Origin: Dehalococcoidia bacterium
Lineage (GTDB): Bacteria; Chloroflexota; Dehalococcoidia; UBA2979
Direction of reading: 5' to 3'
Length of the DNA: 64,000 nucleotides
NCBI GenBank assembly: GCA_965198045.1
Contig: CBDAOL010000007.1
Location: forward strand, 57,612 to 121,611
The position numbers and the translations under genes are program-made. Under the pieces are notes generated by a model. That model saw only the letters and a list, made by a program, of their open reading frames with translations. It was not told where the DNA came from and made no database searches. Positions 55,527-64,000 of this stretch are shown here, in pieces (the stretch's first letter is position 1; the number at the start of each line of letters is the position of its first letter).

Positions 55527-57212
55527 CTACGTCCGCTCGACCACCGGGCAGTTGACCACGAGGTCCGTCGGCACCACCTCGAGACCCGACCCCTCGACGT
55601 CCTCGCGCGACTTCAGCGAGTTCGCCTCGTAGCTGTCGTCGACCATCACGAGGTTGACGCGCCAGAAGGCTGAATAGCCCTCGTCTGCAGGGACGGCGTC
55701 GATGATGTTGCGCTGGCCCTCCACGAACTGTGGGTTGCCGTCGTCGTCAACGCCGGTCACGAAGGCCCAGATCGGGATCGCTGCCGCGACGTTCCCACCG
55801 AAGTCCGGGTAGAACACGTCACGCTCACGGTAGTAGCCGTTCACCAGCTCCTTGCCGGTCTCGAGAGTGCTGCCCGCTCCAACGACCGGGCAGTTCACGA
55901 ACAGGTTCGTCACCTGCTTCTGGTAGCGCGTCGCGTCGATGCCGGCCTTCGAGGTGATCGTGCCCGCCTCGTAGTCGTCGTCGACCAGGACGATGTGCAC
56001 CTGCCAGAGGTCCGAGTACCCCTCGTCGCCGGGCAGCAGGTCGATCACGTTGTGCTGACCGTCAACGAAGTTCGGGCTGCCGTCAGCTCCGATGCCGTTG
56101 GCGAAGGCATAGATCGGCGCGACCCCGACCGCGCTGGTCGCAGCGTCCAGCGGCGAGTTCATGCCGAAGTCGTAGTAGACGACGTCCTCGCCCCGGTACC
56201 AGCCCTCGACGAGATCGAATTCCTTCGCCTCCGGCTGCAGGCTGCGCACCACTCCCGGCGCGCGCGGCTCAGCGTTCGCCGTCGTGGCGTCCGGCCGCAC
56301 GACCGGGCAGTTCACCACCAGGTCGGTCTGCGTCACCGCCAGCCCCGATGCCGCCACCTGCGCCGCGGAGGTCAGTGTGTTCCCCTCGTATGCCCCGTCC
56401 ACCTGCACGAGGTTGACGCGCCAGAAGGCGGAGTAGCCGTCCTCACCCTTCACCACATCGATCACGTTGTTCGGGCCCTCGACGAAGGCGGGCGTGCCGT
56501 CATCGTTGAAGCCGGTGATGAACGCCCAGATCGGGATCGCGACCGGGTCGTTGCCTCCGAAGTCGGGGTAGAACACAGGCTCGCCGCGATACCAGCCCTG
56601 GGTCAGCTCCTTGCCCTCCTCGAGGGTGCTGTCGGCGCCGACGACCGGGCAGTTCACGAACAGCCCGGGCTTCATCACGTCGTAGCCCTCATCCTCGATC
56701 GCCGCGTCGAGGGCGGCCTTCGAGGTGATCGACTCCGCCTCGTACGCGTCGTCGACGATCACGAGGTTGACCTCCCAGAGGTCGGAGTACCCCTCGTCGC
56801 CGGGAACGACGTCGATGATGTTGTGCTGGCCGACGACAAAGTCCGGCGCGCCGTTGGTGACACCCGTCGCGAGCGCGTAGATCGGCGCGACGCCGACCGC
56901 GTTCGTCGCTGCGTTCAGCGGCGAGTTCATGCCGAAGTCGAAATACTCGGTCGCCTGCTGGCGGACCCAGCCGTCGACCAGGTCGAACGTCTGCGAGTCG
57001 GGCAGCGCGCTGCGCGTACCCGGGTCGACATCCGCGTCGTCATCGTCATCATCGTCGCTGCAGCCGATCAGCGCGGCGGCCGAGAGGCCGGCGATGCCAA
57101 CAACGGTGCCGCGGAGCATGGCGCGCCGCGAGATAGGCGGCCCAAGAAGGATCCGCCGGAGCCTGAGATGGAAATCTCGTCCTCCTGTGCCTGCGTGGTG
57201 GGGCTCATCCAC
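55527..57212 (-). CDS. Tat-signal lipoprotein built from four ~115-aa homologous modules
   Basis: SRRAMLRG twin-arginine motif, LIGC lipobox and a poly-Asp linker. Four modules follow, each ending in (F/V)VNCPVV. Confidence 0.75.
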   Translation of the reverse strand: MDEPHHAGTGGRDFHLRLRRILLGPPISRRAMLRGTVVGIAGLSAAALIGCSDDDDDDDADVDPGTRSALPDSQTFDLVDGWVRQQATEYFDFGMNSPLNAATNAVGVAPIYALATGVTNGAPDFVVGQHNIIDVVPGDEGYSDLWEVNLVIVDDAYEAESITSKAALDAAIEDEGYDVMKPGLFVNCPVVGADSTLEEGKELTQGWYRGEPVFYPDFGGNDPVAIPIWAFITGFNDDGTPAFVEGPNNVIDVVKGEDGYSAFWRVNLVQVDGAYEGNTLTSAAQVAASGLAVTQTDLVVNCPVVRPDATTANAEPRAPGVVRSLQPEAKEFDLVEGWYRGEDVVYYDFGMNSPLDAATSAVGVAPIYAFANGIGADGSPNFVDGQHNVIDLLPGDEGYSDLWQVHIVLVDDDYEAGTITSKAGIDATRYQKQVTNLFVNCPVVGAGSTLETGKELVNGYYRERDVFYPDFGGNVAAAIPIWAFVTGVDDDGNPQFVEGQRNIIDAVPADEGYSAFWRVNLVMVDDSYEANSLKSREDVEGSGLEVVPTDLVVNCPVVERT

Positions 57213-57291
57213 GCTAGGCAGGCGCAGGCTTGTGGGTATTACATTTCTTACGGCGAAGCTGGCTGGATCTCAGCGAGTAGGTGCCGTCCGT

Positions 57292-57759
57292 TCAGCGCTC
57301 GCTGCGTCGAGGTTTGAACCGCCAACGTACCACGACATCGTCCTCCCCGTCCGCCACGCCGCCGATCGATGCATAGAGCGCCATCGCCGGCTCGTTCGAG
57401 CGGTTCGTGATGAGCCACATCGACGCCGCATCGACCTCGTGGGCGAGCGCCTCCGCCTCGGACATCAGGGCCGTTGCGACGCCGCGCTGGCGGTACGGCG
57501 CGTCGACCGCAACCTCGTAGACGAGCAGCATCGTGTCGCCGTCGCCTCGGGGCAGCACATGCGCGATCAGCGCGCCGACCGCGCGACCCTCGAGCTGCGC
57601 CACGAGCAGCCGGCTCCCCGGATCGTCGAGGAACGCCTTCGCGCCCTCCTCGTCCGGTGCGAAGTACTCCTCGAGGGCCGAGAACGCGCTGATCATCGCC
57701 GCCTCGTCACCGGCGCTGAGCAGGCGGATCGCGAGACCTCGAGGCGGCGTCGACGGCAT
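57292..57759 (-). CDS. GNAT family N-acetyltransferase
   Basis: VAVDAPYRQRGVATALMSEA acetyl-CoA-binding motif. Confidence 0.8.
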   Translation of the reverse strand: MPSTPPRGLAIRLLSAGDEAAMISAFSALEEYFAPDEEGAKAFLDDPGSRLLVAQLEGRAVGALIAHVLPRGDGDTMLLVYEVAVDAPYRQRGVATALMSEAEALAHEVDAASMWLITNRSNEPAMALYASIGGVADGEDDVVVRWRFKPRRSER

Positions 57760-57900
57760 CGGAGGGCCCTTTCGAGCGGACGCTAGGAGGTCGGGCGCGG
57801 TAAACTGTACCTACCCCGGATCCACACCGCTGGATCCGCCTTCGAGCGCTCCCCGCGGCCCCTGCTGGACGACCCACAGCGGCCACTCAGAGAGGTGTCC

Positions 57901-60561
<2,661 letters not shown>

Positions 60562-60577
60562 CCGCCGCAGGAGAGCC

Positions 60578-61630
60578 ATGACTGGCGAGGGCTCCACGCC
60601 CGCTGATGCGGGCCTCCACGATCTCGGCGAATTCGGCCTGATCGACCGCATGGTCGCCCGCCTCGGCGCGGCCGCGGCCGGCGACATCCTCGTCCCCTCC
60701 GGCGACGACGCCGCCGTCTGGCGCGGCGACCCCGCCACCGTCGCCACGATCGACACCCTGGCCGAGGGCACGCACTGGCGCGCCGACACCATGGACCTCG
60801 CCGATGTCGGCTGGCGCGCCGTTGCCGCCAACTGCAGCGACCTCGCCGCCATGGGTGCCCGGCCCTCGACGCTGCTCGTCGCCACGATCCTCGGCCCCGA
60901 CGTCACCCTCGAGGGCATCGACGCGCTGATCGACGGCCTCGCCGCGGGCTGCCGTGCACACTGCGTGCGCATCGCTGGGGGCGATGTCGTGCGCGGGGGT
61001 GCGACCGCCATCACCATCGCCGCCTACGGAGGCGCGGACCTCGAGGGCGCACCCGGCCTCGATCAGCGCGAGTCCGCACGCGTCCTGCGCCGTCACGCCG
61101 CTGCCGTCGGGCAGCGTGTCGCCGTCTCCGGCGCTCCCGGCGCCGCCGCCGGCGGCCTCGCGCTGATCGAGGCCGGGCGAATCGCCGAAGCGGGCGCAGC
61201 GGACCTCGTCGCCGCCCACCGTCGCCCGCTCGCCCGCACCGACCTTGGACGCGCCGCCCTCGACGCGGGCGTGCGTTGCGCCATCGACATCTCCGACGGC
61301 CTGCTGCAGGACCTCGGCCACATCGCCCGACGCTCTGGCGTCGGCATCGAGGTGGCGGCTGCCGCGCTCCCGTTGCATCCGGCGGCGCGCTCGCTCCTCG
61401 GCGACGAGCGTGCGCTCGACCTCTGCCTCGGCGGCGGCGAGGACTTCGAGCTCGCGCTCGTCGGCGACGCCGATGCGCTGCGCCGGCTCGACCGGCCCGA
61501 GCTGCCCGTGACGCTGATCGGCCACGTCGTCGCGGACCACCCGGGCGAGGTCATCGTCTGGGACGAGGAGGGCGAGGCCTACGTTCCCGCCGTCGCCGGA
61601 TGGGACCAGCTTGCGAGCCCCGACCGATGA
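60578..61630 (+). CDS. thiL: Thiamine-monophosphate kinase
   Basis: GEFGLIDRM, GDDAAV, DTLAEGTHW, AVAANCSDLAAMGA. GGAGA-N4-ATG. Confidence 0.9.
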   Translation: MTGEGSTPADAGLHDLGEFGLIDRMVARLGAAAAGDILVPSGDDAAVWRGDPATVATIDTLAEGTHWRADTMDLADVGWRAVAANCSDLAAMGARPSTLLVATILGPDVTLEGIDALIDGLAAGCRAHCVRIAGGDVVRGGATAITIAAYGGADLEGAPGLDQRESARVLRRHAAAVGQRVAVSGAPGAAAGGLALIEAGRIAEAGAADLVAAHRRPLARTDLGRAALDAGVRCAIDISDGLLQDLGHIARRSGVGIEVAAAALPLHPAARSLLGDERALDLCLGGGEDFELALVGDADALRRLDRPELPVTLIGHVVADHPGEVIVWDEEGEAYVPAVAGWDQLASPDR

Positions 61631-62103
61631 GCACCGCCAACCGCGTCACCATCGACGTCCCGAACCTGCGGCGCACGAGGGCGCTTGCCCGACGTTTGGC
61701 CCGGCTGCTCCGTCCTGCCGACGTGCTACTGCTGCAGGGCCCGCTCGGCGCCGGCAAGACCGCCTTCGCGCAGGGCCTCGGCATAGGGCTCAAGCTCGAG
61801 ACGCTCGTCAACAGCCCCACGTTCATCCTGATGGCGCGCCACGAGGGCTCGCTGCGGTTCTTCCACGCCGACCTCTACCGCCTCGACGACCCGGAGGAGG
61901 TCGCCGAGCTGGCCCTCGCCGAGCAGGCCGCCGAGGGCGTCCTCGCCGTGGAGTGGCCGGAGCGGGCGTTCGAGGCGCTGCCCGCGGAACACCTGCTCGT
62001 GATCCTCGAACCGGTCGAAGGCGATCCCGACGCTCGACGTATCACGCTCGTCCCCAGCGGCGCCAGGGCGCGCGAACTGCTCGATGGCCTCGGCGATGTC
62101 TGA
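61627..62103 (+). CDS. tsaE: tRNA t6A37 biosynthesis ATPase TsaE
   Basis: LQGPLGAGKTAFAQGL, SPTFILM, FHADLYRL, VEWPE. ATGA overlap with thiL. Confidence 0.9.
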   Translation: MSTANRVTIDVPNLRRTRALARRLARLLRPADVLLLQGPLGAGKTAFAQGLGIGLKLETLVNSPTFILMARHEGSLRFFHADLYRLDDPEEVAELALAEQAAEGVLAVEWPERAFEALPAEHLLVILEPVEGDPDARRITLVPSGARARELLDGLGDV

Positions 62104-62809
62104 CCCGCTCGCTGGCCCGCTCGATGGCCTGCTGCTCTCGCTCGACAGCGCGTCCCTCGACGCCTCGGTGGCGGTTTTGCGCGGCGACCGTGTGCTCGTC
62201 GACCACCGTTGGACGATCGACTCAACGCCGTCCGAGGAGCTGCTCGCGGCCATCGACCGCGCGCTCGAGCGGGCCGAGGTGGCGCGTGACGACCTCGACG
62301 GCATCGTCGTCGTCACCGGCCCCGGCGGCTACGGCGGCCTGCGCGTCGGGGTGGCGACGGCGCAGGGCCTCGCCTTCGGCCTCGACCTCCCGCTCGCCGG
62401 GGTTGGCCGCCTCGACGCCGAAGCTGCCCGCGACCTCGACGCCCCGCGCCTGCCGGTCGTCGCCGTCCACGACGCCGGACGCAGCGGCATCGCCTGGGCG
62501 ACCTTCGAAGCGGCCGACGGCGATGTCCGAGCGAACGTCGGGCCGCGGCTCGACGAGCCGGAGGTCGTCGCGCGCGAGGCGCCCGCGGGCCGCTGGTGCG
62601 GCGATCTCACCGAACGGCTGCGGGCGGCCCTGACCGCCGAAGGGCGAGACGCTGAGGTGGAGAAGGGCGACACTACCTCGGCGGCCGGAGCGCCATCGCG
62701 GGCAGCCAGCGCCGCGCAGCTGGCCCGCCGGCGCGCCGCATTCGGCGACCCGGCGGCCGTCGAGATCGTCTACTTGCGCCCGCCGCCAATCACGCGCCCC
62801 CGGGCGTAG
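62084..62809 (+). CDS. tsaB: tRNA t6A37 biosynthesis protein TsaB
   Basis: LLSLDSAS..., VVVTGPGGYGGLRVGVATAQGLAF. The start may be ATG 62096, overlapping the tsaE stop. Confidence 0.8.
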   Translation: MASAMSDPLAGPLDGLLLSLDSASLDASVAVLRGDRVLVDHRWTIDSTPSEELLAAIDRALERAEVARDDLDGIVVVTGPGGYGGLRVGVATAQGLAFGLDLPLAGVGRLDAEAARDLDAPRLPVVAVHDAGRSGIAWATFEAADGDVRANVGPRLDEPEVVAREAPAGRWCGDLTERLRAALTAEGRDAEVEKGDTTSAAGAPSRAASAAQLARRRAAFGDPAAVEIVYLRPPPITRPRA

Positions 62810-62844
62810 CGCCGGACGCAAACGAGACTGCGAAGGGGTACACC

Positions 62845-63297
62845 GTGGAACGCACGCTCATCCTCGTGAAGCCGGACGCCATGCAGCGCGGACTGGCGTT
62901 CGAAGTCCTGCGCCGCCTCGAGAATCGCGGCCTGCGCATCGAGGCGCTGCGCCTGCTGCACGTCGACGAAGAGATGGCTCGTCGCCACTATGGCGAGCAC
63001 GAGGGCAAGCCCTTCTTCGAGGGTCTCGTCGCCTACATCACCGCATCGCCGATCATCGCTGCGGTCTTCGCCGGCAGCGACGCGATCGGCGCCGCACGAC
63101 AGACGATGGGCGCGACCAACCCGACCGACGCCGCGCCCGGGACGATCCGCGGCGACCTCGCCGTCGAGATCGGCCGCAACCTCGTGCACGGCTCAGACTC
63201 GGTCGAGTCGGCCGAACGCGAGATCGGCATCTTCTTCGAGGGCCAGTCGCCCCTCGATTGGCGTCGCGCCACGGATGGTTGGATCTTCGAGGACTAA
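62845..63297 (+). CDS. ndk: Nucleoside-diphosphate kinase
   Basis: ERTLILVKPDA, GATNP, GTIRGD, NLVHGSDS (active-site His). Confidence 0.95.
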   Translation: MERTLILVKPDAMQRGLAFEVLRRLENRGLRIEALRLLHVDEEMARRHYGEHEGKPFFEGLVAYITASPIIAAVFAGSDAIGAARQTMGATNPTDAAPGTIRGDLAVEIGRNLVHGSDSVESAEREIGIFFEGQSPLDWRRATDGWIFED

Positions 63298-63328
63298 TCG
63301 CGACCGGCTCGGGTCAGCGCTCTCTAAG

Positions 63329-63649
63329 CTATTGAACGCGCACGACCTCCTGAGCCCGGTTCCACAACCCCTCCAGGTCGAACCGCGCGCGGCCATCGAC
63401 CGAGAACACGTGCACGATTACACCCGCGCCTACGTCCAGCAGCACCCAGCCACTGGACGGCTCGCCCTCCGGACGAACGCGGTTGCCGCCTCGCTCGCGG
63501 ACCCGCTCGTCAACCGCGTCCATCACGGCACGCGCCTGGCGAATGTTGTCGACGGTGGCGATCACGAACTCGTCCGCAAACGCCGACAGTTCGCTGAGGT
63601 CAAGGAGGACGACATCCGTCGCCTGGCGGTCGACGAGGGTGTCGACCAT
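63329..63649 (-). CDS. rsfS: Ribosome silencing factor RsfS
   Basis: ATDVVLLDLSELSAFADEFVIAT...WVLLDVGAGVIVHVF...RARFDLEGLW. Confidence 0.85.
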   Translation of the reverse strand: MVDTLVDRQATDVVLLDLSELSAFADEFVIATVDNIRQARAVMDAVDERVRERGGNRVRPEGEPSSGWVLLDVGAGVIVHVFSVDGRARFDLEGLWNRAQEVVRVQ

Positions 63650-63775
63650 GTCATGCGCGAGGTCTGATGGCAGTGCCAGCTCCTGGATGGTGCGCGGGCG
63701 GACTGGCCGAGGCCGCTTCGAACGTCGAGTATAGCCGTGCGGCCCGCGTCCACCTCGCTGCGGTCCGCTTCGGTG

Positions 63776-64000
63776 ATGTGCGAGGCGACGGAGGCCGCGG
63801 TGAGCACGACTGATGCGCTGGGCGTGATCCTCACCGCCGGTGCGGCGACACGCCTACGGCCGCTCTCGCTTGAGTTTGCGAAGTCGCTGATCCCCGTCCT
63901 CAACCGTCCACTGATCGACTACTCGCTCGACCTCATGGTCGAACTCGGCCTCCGCGACGTCGTGATCGTCGTCGGCCCGACCGACGAGGAAACGTTCGCG
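63776..64000 (+). CDS. Sugar-phosphate nucleotidyltransferase (NTP_transferase family), 3' end outside the window
   Basis: GVILTAGAATRLRPLS...KSLIPVLNRPLIDY is the N-terminal signature. Confidence 0.7.
   Translation, partial: MCEATEAAVSTTDALGVILTAGAATRLRPLSLEFAKSLIPVLNRPLIDYSLDLMVELGLRDVVIVVGPTDEETFA

Overview
This is a very GC-rich bacterial chromosomal window (about two-thirds G+C or more by eye). The gene content would fit Chloroflexota/Thermomicrobia or Actinomycetota: many family III CoA-transferases, F420/LLM-type oxidoreductases and an RRM RNA-binding protein. I cannot place it from sequence alone.

**Layout**
- 1-9.5 kb is a decayed accessory stretch. It holds a broken kinase-STAND-TPR gene, a peroxiredoxin, a lower-GC phage-like remnant (HNH plus small terminase), and a haloalkane-dehalogenase-like gene destroyed by an IS.
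- 9.8-21.6 kb is a catabolic block. It holds two tandem CoA-transferases, an SCP-x thiolase with a DUF35 partner, an acyl-CoA dehydrogenase, a crotonase and a class III aminotransferase.
- 22-45 kb is an IS-riddled zone, interleaved with truncated genes, four LLM oxidoreductases, a second CoA-transferase pair and two tRNA 3'-half fragments. Its mobile elements are:
  - three near-identical 950-bp IS6-family copies;
  - three identical-length 1571-bp IS1182/IS5-type copies, plus a 79-bp orphan fragment at 395-473;
  - two IS110-family elements;
  - one internally deleted rve-type transposase.
- 45-64 kb is mostly housekeeping: rnhA, tRNA-Pro, gyrA, thiL, tsaE, tsaB, ndk, rsfS.

**Most interesting observations**
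- An iodothyronine-deiodinase-fold gene (22158-22709, minus strand) has an in-frame TGA exactly at the catalytic Cys/Sec position. A SECIS-like hairpin follows 12 nt downstream. ORF callers split this gene.
- None of the three IS6 copies has a target-site duplication, and each junction cuts a gene.
- An IS sits in the acceptor/CCA end of a tRNA-Met 3' half, and a tRNA-Gly(CCC)-like sequence nearby has an aberrant 5' half.
- Both IS110 elements have long non-coding 5' ends that are candidates for bridge RNAs.
- GyrA carries a histone-like PAAKK tail.
- At least eight genes are broken by single frameshifts, four of them at short homopolymer runs. This could be sequencing error rather than biology.

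No CRISPR array or rRNA was seen. All homology statements are motif recognition by eye; no searches were run.
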